From contig CAVWFS010000006.1 in NCBI GenBank assembly GCA_963754315.1, forward strand, positions 173,759-237,758: a stretch of DNA of 64,000 nucleotides, given 5' to 3'. The translations under genes and the position numbers were made by a program. The notes under the pieces are model-generated. The model was given only the letters and a program-made list of their open reading frames with translations. It was not told where the DNA came from and did not search any database. Origin of the DNA: an uncultured Candidatus Rokubacteria bacterium (lineage in GTDB: Bacteria; Methylomirabilota; Methylomirabilia; Rokubacteriales; CSP1-6). Shown piece after piece: positions 53,061 to 61,392 of the stretch. Positions within the stretch are counted from its first letter, which is position 1, and each line of letters opens with the position of its first letter.

Positions 53061-53123
53061 CCTGCGTAGCGTCCGCTTCTCCGATATCGTCACCTGCGTA
53101 GCGTCCGCTGCGCGGATATTGTC
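53061..53123. repeat. 32-bp-period imperfect direct repeat
   Basis: CCTGCGTAGCGTCCGCT at 53061 and 53093, each followed by GATAT.GTC. Confidence 0.75.
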
Positions 53124-53186
53124 CTGCCGACGATGTTCGTCATCGGCTACCATCACCGGGACGTATGATCGGCGCCCCCAAGGAGG

Positions 53187-53578
53187 ATGGCACAGATGAA
53201 GACCCTGATCGTGGTGAGCACCTTGGCGTTGAGTCTGTTTGGGCTGATGACCGCTCCGGTGGCGGCCCAGGCGACCGGGCCCTTCTGCCTCCGTATCGTC
53301 GAGTTCGATGAGGTCGCGCAGTTCTTCGCGCTGGCGACCGGGGGTGGCCAGGTGATCTTGACCGGCGAGAACATCACGTTCGGCGACGCCTACAGCGGTG
53401 CCGGGTATCTGATCGGCAGCGACTTCGTCTTCAGCGCGGTGTCCGGTCTGTTGCCGGGGTTGCTGGAAGGAGTCATCAACTTGGGTAGCAACCGGGCTTC
53501 GGGTCGGTCACGTTCGCGGATACGGGCAAGATTGAAAGCGTGACGTACGCAACCTTCGCACCGCCCTGCGCGCCCTGA
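53187..53578 (+). CDS. Small exported hypothetical protein (frameshift near 53500)
   Basis: AAGGAGG RBS, signal peptide, Cys near both termini of the repaired frame. Confidence 0.6.
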
Positions 53579-53654
53579 GAACCGGCGCTATAGTGCCTCT
53601 GTCGCCAGCCCCTTGACCGGGCCTCGTGTGCGACGGCACACTTGAGGTGGGGAG

Positions 53655-54467
53655 ATGGACGAGCGCATGACGGAGCGCCATCCGATCGCCGTGGTGTTTG
53701 CCTCTACCTTGGTCGGGCTCGCGTTTGTCTCGACCGTCGCCTTCGGCGACGAGGGTCGGGGTGGCCATGGTGGTCGCGGGGGGACGGCATGGGCCACCGT
53801 GGCCGGCCTCCTGGTTCCCATCACCAGGGCCTTCACCACGGTGGCCGCCTCCCGAGTTCCCACCAGCATGGCTTTCCACCATGGTGGCCGCCCCCCGAGT
53901 TCCCAGCAGCATGGCTTCCACCACGGCTCGAAGGCTCAGCGCGATTTCAATCACGATCGTTTCCGACATCATCACGGCGGTCGGTCGTTTTTCTCCTGGG
54001 GCGCGGCGACCGTGTATGTTCCGCCCTGGTATTACGGCTACGGAACCCTGCCGTACTATTCGGGCCCGCCCGCGTACTCCGGCGTGCCGACATACTACGA
54101 GCCGACCTATTCCGCGCCTTGGCCCAACGGTCCCCGGGTGGGCGGAAGCGTCTCGGTCGCGGTCGCTCCACCAGCTCCGAACACCATTCAGTATCCGAAC
54201 GGGCGGTGGGAATTGAGTGGCGATGGGATGACGACGCCGTACACATGGGTGTGGATCCCGAATCCTCCACCCCCTCCACCGGCCGGGCCGCCCGCTCCGC
54301 CTGCAGAATCCTCGGGAGAGCAGCCGACGTCGAGTGGTCGATCGCCAGCGCCGCCGAGCAAGATCTATCGCTGGATCGACGAGCAGGGCGTCGTGCACCT
54401 GACAAATCGAGCAGATGCGGTACCGACGATGTACCGCAGTCAGGCGAAGTCGACCCCACGCCCCTGA
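53655..54467 (+). CDS. Exported His/Gly/Tyr/Pro-rich protein with C-terminal DUF4124-like motif
   Basis: Signal peptide, HGFHHGGR repeats, IYRWIDEQGVVHLTN..VP..YR. Confidence 0.7.
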   Translation: MDERMTERHPIAVVFASTLVGLAFVSTVAFGDEGRGGHGGRGGTAWATVAGLLVPITRAFTTVAASRVPTSMAFHHGGRPPSSQQHGFHHGSKAQRDFNHDRFRHHHGGRSFFSWGAATVYVPPWYYGYGTLPYYSGPPAYSGVPTYYEPTYSAPWPNGPRVGGSVSVAVAPPAPNTIQYPNGRWELSGDGMTTPYTWVWIPNPPPPPPAGPPAPPAESSGEQPTSSGRSPAPPSKIYRWIDEQGVVHLTNRADAVPTMYRSQAKSTPRP

Positions 54468-54484
54468 GGGGCCTTCCGCCAAGC

Positions 54485-55237
54485 GTGGCCGCGAAATCCG
54501 CTCGGAGGCGAAGGACAGCGTCGGCGGGGCCGGCCGCCCCTAAGCTCCTCGACGATCTCGTGGCCGCCAATCGGATCCTCGCGGATCAAGGTGTGGTCGA
54601 CGGCTACGGTCACGTCAGCGCGCGGCACCCTCGCGACCCCCGTCGCTACCTGCTGTCGCGCTCGCTGGCCCCCGAGCTGGTCACCGCCGCCGACATCATC
54701 GAGTACGACCTGGACAGTAACGCGGTCGACGCCGGAGAACGGACTGACTACCTCGAGCGCTTCATCCACGGGGAGATCTACAGAACCCGGCCTGACGTGA
54801 AGGCCATCGTCCACAACCATTCGCCTGCCGTGATTCCCTTCGGCGTCAGCGGGGTGTCTCTCCGTCCCCTCTATCACATGAGCGCCTTCCTCGGAGGCGG
54901 GGTGCCCGTCTTCGACATCCGCGACGCGGGTGGGATGACCGATATGCTGATCCGCGACCACGCGCTCGGCCGCGCGCTGGCCCAGGCATTGGGTGACCGT
55001 CCGGTGGCACTGATGCGTGGCCACGGCGCCGTCGTGGTGGGGCCCTCTCTTCCCGCGGCCGTCTTCCGCAGTGTCTACACCGAGATGAACGCGCGCCTCC
55101 AGGCGCAGGCCATGGCGCTGAGCCGTCACGTCATCTACCTCGACCCGGAAGAGGCGAGACGGGCAGAGGCATCGGTGGCGAAAACGATCGGACGCCCCTG
55201 GGAACTGTGGAAGCGGAGAATTCTCGGCAGTCGATGA
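54485..55237 (+). CDS. Class II aldolase/adducin family protein
   Basis: GHVSAR, ERFIHGEIY..RPDVKAIVHNHS, LMRGHG. Confidence 0.9.
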   Translation: MAAKSARRRRTASAGPAAPKLLDDLVAANRILADQGVVDGYGHVSARHPRDPRRYLLSRSLAPELVTAADIIEYDLDSNAVDAGERTDYLERFIHGEIYRTRPDVKAIVHNHSPAVIPFGVSGVSLRPLYHMSAFLGGGVPVFDIRDAGGMTDMLIRDHALGRALAQALGDRPVALMRGHGAVVVGPSLPAAVFRSVYTEMNARLQAQAMALSRHVIYLDPEEARRAEASVAKTIGRPWELWKRRILGSR

Positions 55238-55995
55238 CGGTCGGCGGACATCCCCGTCGCTCCCCCCAGCTGAAGGAAGACATTCGCGAGCGAGTCTGGG
55301 CGCTTCTCGAGGCGCATGGCGTGGCCCGCTTCCCGAAGCCGATTCGTGGCCGCATCCCCAACTTTGCAGGAGCCGACGTAGCGGCGGCGCGGGCGACCGC
55401 GCTCGAGGAGTGGCGCCGAGCACGGTGCATCAAATGCAATCCCGATTCGCCGCAGCGCCCACTCCGTCTGCGCGCGCTCAAGGAGGGCAAGCTGCTCTTC
55501 ATGGCCGTACCTCGGCTGACTGCCGAGCGCTGCTTTCTGCGTCTCTGTCCGGACAAGCTCGGTGGCCAACTGGCCAAGGCGGCCACCATCAAGGGAGCGT
55601 CCGCCCTCGGCGAGCCGATTCTCGCGCGCGAACTTCCGACCATTGACCTGGTCGTCGCGGGCAGTGTGGCCGTGAATCTGCGCGGCGCGCGCGTGGGGAA
55701 GGGGGGCGGCTACAGCGATCTCGAGTTCGCCCTCGCGCGAGAACTCGGACGAGTCGGGGAGAACACCCCCGTGCTGACGACGGTCCACGAACTGCAAATT
55801 CTCGACGAGGACCTCCCCATGAAGAACCACGACGTCCCGCTGGATCTCATCGTCACGCCCGACCGTGTTCTCCGCACCGCCCGCGCGTTTGGGAAACCGA
55901 CCGGCATTCAGTGGGAGGAGCTGGGCGCGGCGCAGCTCGAGGCGATGCCCGCACTGCGAAAACGGAAGGCGGGCGACGGTCGACGGTCGACCTGA
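55234..55995 (+). CDS. 5-formyltetrahydrofolate cyclo-ligase-like (MTHFSD type)
   Basis: GRIPNFAGA, NPDSPQ, VPRL, GSVAV, RVGKGGGYSDLE, HDVPLDLIVTP. Confidence 0.9.
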   Translation: MTVGGHPRRSPQLKEDIRERVWALLEAHGVARFPKPIRGRIPNFAGADVAAARATALEEWRRARCIKCNPDSPQRPLRLRALKEGKLLFMAVPRLTAERCFLRLCPDKLGGQLAKAATIKGASALGEPILARELPTIDLVVAGSVAVNLRGARVGKGGGYSDLEFALARELGRVGENTPVLTTVHELQILDEDLPMKNHDVPLDLIVTPDRVLRTARAFGKPTGIQWEELGAAQLEAMPALRKRKAGDGRRST

Positions 55996-56417
55996 TCAGA
56001 CTCGTCGAAGGAAAGGTCGCCGCCGGGCGGGATATAGCGTGGCCGTCGGCACTCCTCTCGACCTACGCGGGAAAGACTCCGCGTCGTGCCGCCCGTCCTG
56101 GCCCAGGAGCTCTTCAAGGAGCTTGCGTGCGGGACCTTTCGAGAAGATTCCAAGCGGTGAGGAACTGGTCCAGATCGAATCCTGTGAGCCCGGCTTCCAA
56201 CGCGAGCAGAGTCGACTTTGAACTTTCTGGAATCGCCTCGACTCGGATCGAGTCCCGGCAAGGATGATGGAGATCTCCGAGGCCAGGAACCCGCCCGTTG
56301 GCCTTCTCAATCGGTATCTTGCAGTTCGTGGCGTTGCCCATTTCCATGGCCGCCTCCGGCTGAACTCACCCTGTTGCAAATTGTCGGCCAGCCAGTGGAA
56401 GTCCACTGAGAAGGTGA

Positions 56418-56758
56418 GCGGGGAGGCGTGGCGCAGGGCGGCCGATCGCGCCACGCGCGGATCGGGTGCGGTACGAGGAGGCAGCGTACCTCAAGCAGCA
56501 CTACGAAGCGACGAGCGGTCGGGACATTGGCGAGTACTCCTACCGAGTCGCTCACCTGACGGCGTTCTTTGCGGGCCGTCGTATTGGCAGTATCAGACGG
56601 CCTTGCGTATGAGACTGACGTCCCTGAGCGCGTGGCCATGAAGGAGCAGGCCACAAGACGCTTTCGATCGGTATCACATCGTCAGCCCCGCCGAACTCCA
56701 GGTAGCTGCCTGGAAGCTCGCGGGCATAGTGGCGCCGGATCACATTGACGTCCGCTAG
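56418..56758 (+). pseudogene. Tyrosine integrase relic (large internal deletion and frameshifts)
   Basis: Manual translation: PIAPRADRVRYEEAAYLKQHYEATSGRD..RVAHLTAFFAGRRIGSI joined to DVPERVAMK / GHKT / FDRYHIVSPAELQVAAWKLAG; absent from ORF track. Confidence 0.8.
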
Positions 56759-56773
56759 CAAGTCCACGAGAAT
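56745..56773 (+). promoter_or_regulatory. Putative sigma-70 promoter of tRNA-Val overlapping the integrase 3' end
   Basis: TTGACG-N17-GAGAAT, 8 nt before tRNA position 1. Confidence 0.6.
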
Positions 56774-56781
56774 TCAAGCAC

Positions 56782-56823
56782 GGGCGGATAGCTCAGCTGG
56801 GAGAGCGCAGCCCTTACAAACCA
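56782..56823 (+). tRNA. tRNA-Val(TAC) fragment: positions 1-38 joined directly to ACCA
   Basis: GGGCGGA TA GCTC AGCTGGGA GAGC G CAGCC CTTACAA then ACCA; no 3' anticodon stem, T arm or 3' acceptor strand in place. Confidence 0.85.
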
Positions 56824-56837
56824 CCTAGGACCTGAGG

Positions 56838-56875
56838 ACCCCTCGGTAAGTCGCTGACTTGCCGAGGGGTTTTTC
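56838..56875 (+). terminator. Rho-independent terminator after the tRNA fragment
   Basis: ACCCCTCGGTAAGTC-GCT-GACTTGCCGAGGGGT (15-bp stem, one wobble) followed by TTTTC. Confidence 0.85.
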
Positions 56876-56896
56876 TTCCTCTGGTTGGCTACCGAC

Positions 56897-56946
56897 GGGT
56901 GGTTTTGGGTGGCGTACGGGTCGTCGCGGGCACGTTTTCGGGCACG
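56897..56946. repeat. Short direct repeats resembling integrase arm-type sites
   Basis: GGGTGG-TTTT-GGGTGG (56897-56912) and CGGGCACG-TTTT-CGGGCACG (56927-56946). Confidence 0.5.
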
Positions 56947-57070
56947 TCGAGGCTCCGCCCATTTCGCAGTGAACCCGTTCGCTTCAGGCGTGTCATTGAG
57001 GTTGCCAATTGGGGCCTGAGGTCGTGCGGTTGGCACTGCACGCGCTGCCTTTCTGACCTGCGGCCCGGCA

Positions 57071-57247
57071 ACGAGCCAGCGCAACACCACCGCAACTCGG
57101 CGGTGTGGGTCGCGCTCGCCCGCCGCCAACCCGGCCGCTCGAGGCCGGCAACCCACCGATTTTCCTGGCTCCCCGCTCATCCCGAATTCTTGGCATTCGC
57201 CTTGCCGACACCGATAGCGGTGTTTGGAATCGACGAAGTGAGTCATG
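57071..57247 (+). promoter_or_regulatory. Sigma-54-type promoter module, copy 1
   Basis: GCAAC x2 at 11-bp spacing (57081, 57092), TGGCATTCGCCTTGC (GG-N10-GC, 57191-57205), GTGAGTCATG. Confidence 0.7.
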
Positions 57248-57314
57248 GGCGCTGGCCGACTCCCGTAAGTGACGGGCCGAATTCCGGTGTGTCCTACACG
57301 CTGCTCATCCCGCG

Positions 57315-57788
57315 ATGCTGACGTGCGCCCGCTGTCCTAAAGACGTCCCTGACCCGCGCGCCCTGGTCGACCACCTGACCACCGAGCAGCTGCTTGACCC
57401 GAAGCGGGCCGAGGCTGAAGCGCTCGTGCGCGTCTTCAAGCCCGGCGACCGGGTGCGCCTGAATGAGCAGGGACGACGCCTGGCGTCGTCACATCGGGCC
57501 ACGGCACGTCTCGGCGCCGTCGACCGCATCGGGAGGCACACGGGCGCGGCTCACGTCCGCTGGGACGGCCTGAAGACGACGCAGGAGTGGGCGCCATCCT
57601 GCCTCACCCACGCTGACGACCTCGGCGATCCCGACCCGACCAGTGCCGAGGAAAGGAGCCAGGAGAACATGATGACGGAGATCGCAAGGGGCGAGGTTGA
57701 CCAGGTCGACCAAGCGAGCGACAGCCTCCGCTCGTGCCGATGTCCGACGAGGAACTTCGCACAGCCGGGAGGCAGCTCGCGAGGATGA
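57315..57788 (+). CDS. Hypothetical protein (CxxC..H N-terminus, SH3-like FKPGDRV..VRWDG); 3' boundary uncertain
   Basis: ORF track plus motif inspection; a separate RBS/ATG at 57661-57671 suggests the 3' part belongs to the next gene. Confidence 0.5.
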   Translation: MLTCARCPKDVPDPRALVDHLTTEQLLDPKRAEAEALVRVFKPGDRVRLNEQGRRLASSHRATARLGAVDRIGRHTGAAHVRWDGLKTTQEWAPSCLTHADDLGDPDPTSAEERSQENMMTEIARGEVDQVDQASDSLRSCRCPTRNFAQPGGSSRG

Positions 57789-57913
57789 TCCGCGAGCTCA
57801 ACGAGCTGAAGGTCACGCACACGGCCATCAGGGCCGAGCAGAAGGCGGAGCGGGAGAGGCTGACGGAGAAGATCGCGGGCCTGGCCCAGACCATCTCGCA
57901 GCAGGGCCGGTGA
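57669..57913 (+). CDS. Small coiled-coil hypothetical protein (probable frameshift near 57700)
   Basis: AGGAGA RBS and ATG at 57669; shifted frame MSDEELRTAGRQLARMIRELNELK...IAGLAQTISQQGR ends at 57913. Confidence 0.5.
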
Positions 57914-57917
57914 GCGC

Positions 57918-58331
57918 GTGGCCGGCGAGCCCTCCTGGAAGAAGCACGAGCGCCGGGCGGCCGCCCTGATTCAAGGCGCCCGCCACTGGGCGAACAGCGG
58001 TCAGGCCGTGGACGCAGAGTCCGCCTGGGCGGTCGTCCAGGCCAAGGAGGTCCAGCGCCTGAGCCTGGCAAAGCTGGAATCCCTTGCCGTCGAGTCGGCC
58101 CGCCAGGGAGCGCATTGCCAGAAGGTCGGCATGGTGGTCGTAAAGCGACGGGCCGGCACGGGGCGGCAGACGCCAGTGCTCGTGGTGATGACCGAGCAGG
58201 CCTTTCGCGAGATGAGCGGCGAGCGGCCCACGCCGCCGCCCTCGCCACGAAACGCGCGCGCCGTGGGGCCAGCACGTACGCGGCAGGGAAGGGCGGCGCC
58301 GTCACTCGAACTTGGCCTAGCCTCGCGATGA
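57918..58331 (+). CDS. PD-(D/E)XK nuclease, Holliday junction resolvase-like
   Basis: WKKHERRAA...VD...VVQAK pattern. Confidence 0.55.
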   Translation: MAGEPSWKKHERRAAALIQGARHWANSGQAVDAESAWAVVQAKEVQRLSLAKLESLAVESARQGAHCQKVGMVVVKRRAGTGRQTPVLVVMTEQAFREMSGERPTPPPSPRNARAVGPARTRQGRAAPSLELGLASR

Positions 58332-58347
58332 CGGACGGGTCTGCGCG

Positions 58348-58842
58348 ATGACCCTCGGCAAATTCCGTGACCGCGCCACCATGCTTGCCTGCCGTCACTG
58401 CCGGCACGTCGGGTTGGTAGAGTCACCGCGTCACCCGAACAATGGCGGGATCCGCCCACACTGTCCGGCGTGCGGGAGCGTGTCGCCGGTCGAAGGTCTC
58501 CAGTGGCTTGGTCAGACCAGCGTGCGAGATCGCCGGCCCCACCTCGGCGCGAAGGCCAGCGAAGAAGTCTGGCACGCGAACGGCGATACCTGCTCGTTCT
58601 GCGGGATCACGTTTGACGAGGCCGTGGCCCTGAGTATCGGACGAACGGCACAGCACGTGGTCCCGTACGTCGAGGGTGGTGGCGAAGGCCCGCTCATTCC
58701 CTTCTGCGCCCGCTGCCAGGAGGCGAGTGCGGCTGCGCTCCGGCGCACGAGAGATATGCGGCGCGGAGCAGCCTCGTGGAGGGACGTCGTCGAGCGCATC
58801 GAGAAAAACCACCCCCAGCTTCGGGATGATCCCTCGGCGTGA
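58348..58842 (+). CDS. Zinc-ribbon plus HNH-like protein
   Basis: CRHC, CPAC, then CSFCG...QHVVPYVEGG...FCARCQ. Confidence 0.6.
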   Translation: MTLGKFRDRATMLACRHCRHVGLVESPRHPNNGGIRPHCPACGSVSPVEGLQWLGQTSVRDRRPHLGAKASEEVWHANGDTCSFCGITFDEAVALSIGRTAQHVVPYVEGGGEGPLIPFCARCQEASAAALRRTRDMRRGAASWRDVVERIEKNHPQLRDDPSA

Positions 58843-60434
58843 GCTGCTACGAGGCCGCGCGGGAGTACCTCGCCCTGGGGTTGCACCCAATCCCCTGCGC
58901 CCCGCGATCCAAGCGCCCGCTGGTCGAGTGGCGGAAGTTCCAAGTGACTCCACCGCACGCCGACCAGGTCGACGCGTGGTGGGAGACGTGGCCCGACGCA
59001 AACGTCGCCCTCGTGCTCGGGCGCGGGGCGTTGGCGGTCGACCTTGACGGCGGCGCGGATGCCGAGCGGCTGCTGTCCGATGCCGGTGTCCATCTACCCG
59101 GCGCCCCCCGGAGCAAGACGGCAAGTGGCTATCACGTCTTTCTGTCTGCGCCTGGACCAGTCCCGGACCGCGTTGGGCTGCTGACATCTCGTGGCGGCAA
59201 GCCGGCCGTCGACATCCGTGGGGTCGGCATCGTGGTCGCGCCACCGTCGATCCATCCCAGCGGTGCCCGGTACGAGTGGTACATCCCGCTGAGCCTCCCG
59301 CTGCCGCCGGCTCCTCCCGAGCTGCTGGCCCTCATCCGAACTGGCCGGGAAGCCCCGCAGCTGCCATCGGGGCCCGGATGGATCGCCGAGGCGCTGGCCG
59401 GGGCACCCGAGGGCCAGCGTGACGCGACCTGCACGAAGCTCGCTGGCTACTTCCTGGGTCGCGGTCTAGACGCACCCCTCGTCGAGGTCCTGCTCGCCGA
59501 AAGCTTCGCGCGGAACTGCGCGCCGCCGTTTCCGCGGGAGGACGTGAGGAAGTGCGTTCAGTCCATCGCTCGGCGGGAAGGCCCGGGGCTGGAGCGGACC
59601 GTTGCCCCAGTCCATCTCTCGCGTGTGCTCAGCCAGCTTGAAGACGCATTGCTGGCGGGGACGCAAGAGGCACCGCCCGTGGCGACGCCCTTTCCCTCGC
59701 TCAACATGTTCCTGAGCGGGGGCTTCTGGCCCGGCGAGCTGATCTATCTGGGCGCCCGCCCCGGCGTCGGTAAAACGGCCCTTGGCCTGGAGATCGCCCG
59801 GCGGGCAGCCAGACAGGGGCGGGGGGTGCTGGTGATCTCGCGCGAGATGGTCAACACGGCCTTGGCCCGGCGGATGGTCACTCAGGAGTCGAAGATTCCC
59901 GCAGCGACGTTGCGCTCCGCTAGGCTTAACGACACCGAGCGAGCCACGTTGATGGGGACGCTCACGCGCCTTTCGGTGCTTCCCGTGTGGCTGAGCGACG
60001 AGGCCGTCTCGTTGGCCGAGATCACCGATCTCGTGACGACGTGGGGCGGGCACACCGCCCTCGGCCTGCTGATCGTCGACTACCTGCAGCTCGTCCGGGC
60101 CCCGCGGGATATCCGCGATCGCCGTCTGCAGATCGAAGCGGTCAGCCAGGGTCTGAAGACGATGGCTCTCCAAGCGAAGATCCCCGTTCTCTGCCTATCG
60201 TCGCTGTCGCGTCCGCCCCAGGAGGCCAGGGAGAGAAGGCCGACGCTGGCCTCGCTGCGCGAGTCGGGCGAACTCGAGCATGACGCGGATGTGGTCCTGT
60301 TGCTCCACAGGGACCCGATGCAGGCCGACACCGAGTGCATCGTGGCCAAGAACCGAGACGGCCGGCAGGGCATGGCCCGTCTGCGCTTCCGGCCCGAGAC
60401 GGTGAGCTTTGACGAGATCGACGAGGTCCGGTGA
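58839..60434 (+). CDS. Prim-Pol (AEP) + PriCT + DnaB-like SF4 helicase fusion
   Basis: KRP, VDLD, TASGYH, VAPPSIHPSG; EGQRD..NCAPP..EDV; GARPGVGKT, VDYLQL, LRESGELEHDAD, KNRDG. Confidence 0.9.
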   Translation: MSCYEAAREYLALGLHPIPCAPRSKRPLVEWRKFQVTPPHADQVDAWWETWPDANVALVLGRGALAVDLDGGADAERLLSDAGVHLPGAPRSKTASGYHVFLSAPGPVPDRVGLLTSRGGKPAVDIRGVGIVVAPPSIHPSGARYEWYIPLSLPLPPAPPELLALIRTGREAPQLPSGPGWIAEALAGAPEGQRDATCTKLAGYFLGRGLDAPLVEVLLAESFARNCAPPFPREDVRKCVQSIARREGPGLERTVAPVHLSRVLSQLEDALLAGTQEAPPVATPFPSLNMFLSGGFWPGELIYLGARPGVGKTALGLEIARRAARQGRGVLVISREMVNTALARRMVTQESKIPAATLRSARLNDTERATLMGTLTRLSVLPVWLSDEAVSLAEITDLVTTWGGHTALGLLIVDYLQLVRAPRDIRDRRLQIEAVSQGLKTMALQAKIPVLCLSSLSRPPQEARERRPTLASLRESGELEHDADVVLLLHRDPMQADTECIVAKNRDGRQGMARLRFRPETVSFDEIDEVR

Positions 60435-61197
60435 TGACTTGGGCGAAGGTAGACGACCAGTTCCCCTTTCACCGCAAATCGATCGCCGTCGGCCCACTCG
60501 GCCGCGATCTCTATGTGGCCGGCCTGTGCTATGCGAAGCGGGAGCGGACCGATGGGTTCATCCCGGCGTATGTGGTCAAGCATCTGGCCCCCGGGAACGC
60601 GTCACCGGCAATCGTCCCGAAGCTCGTCGCCGCGGGCTACTGGCACCCGGTGGACGGCGGGTTCCAGATCCATGACTACCTAGCCCACAACGACAGTGCG
60701 GAGGTGATCGAACAGCGAGACCAGGAGAAGCGTGCTCGCCAACGGCGATGGGCCGAGAAGCTCCGTATTGCGAATTCCCGGCGCGAGCGAGACGCGGCGG
60801 CAGACACGGCCCCGACGCGTCGTGAGACGACACACCGAGACCCAGACCCAGACCGAGATACTACTCCCCCTGTAAGTCCCCCCGGCTTCCAAGAGTTCTA
60901 CGCACGCTACCCGCGGAAGAAGGCCCCAGCCGCTGCGACACGCGCCTGGCGCTCCGCGGTCCAGAAGGCCCCTGAGGAGGAGATCCTCGCCGCCCTTCTG
61001 CGCCAACTCCCCGAGCTCACGCGTCGCCCCGCGGATCGCGTGCCCTATCCAGCCACGTGGCTGAACGGCGAGCATTGGCGCAATGAGCCCGACGACGGCC
61101 CCTCCGAGGAGACCCCTACGCCGCCTGGCCGACGCTGTATGACTGTGCCAAGTGTCGCAGTGCGCATGAGACCCAGGCCTGTCCGCGTGACCCATGA
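60431..61197 (+). CDS. Phage-type replication initiator/replisome organiser (probable frameshift near 61120)
   Basis: WAKVDD..HRK, TDGFIP, IHDYL..N, FQEFYARYPRKK, PYPATWLNGEHW; shifted frame ends YDCAKCRSAHETQACPRDP. Confidence 0.8.
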
Positions 61198-61200
61198 GCG

Positions 61201-61392
61201 ACGAGCCATCGCAACACCACCGCAACACCACCGCAACCGGCGGCGGGGATCGCGTTGGCGCACCGCCAATCAGGCAGCGCACCGCAAGAACGTCTCGATT
61301 TCATGGCTCTCTGACGATCAGCGGAGTCTTGGCATTCCCTTGCCCTCTTCGCGACCGATGACGGCATCCGGAATAGACAACGGTGAGTCATG
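61201..61392 (+). promoter_or_regulatory. Sigma-54-type promoter module, copy 2
   Basis: GCAAC x3 (61211, 61222, 61233), TGGCATTCCCTTGC (GG-N9-GC, 61330-61343), GTGAGTCATG. Confidence 0.62.

Noticed and set aside
56024..56038. Second att copy of the tRNA 5' end (GGGCGGGATATAGC)
   Set aside because: Short gapped similarity only; expected by chance at this GC content
55996..56410. Coding gene or toxin-antitoxin pair in the lower-GC gap before the integrase relic
   Set aside because: No frame gives a recognisable domain; probably decayed cargo
56820..57050. Group I intron in the tRNA-Val anticodon loop
   Set aside because: No P7 core or properly ordered 3' exon visible, and ACCA plus a strong terminator follow the break directly
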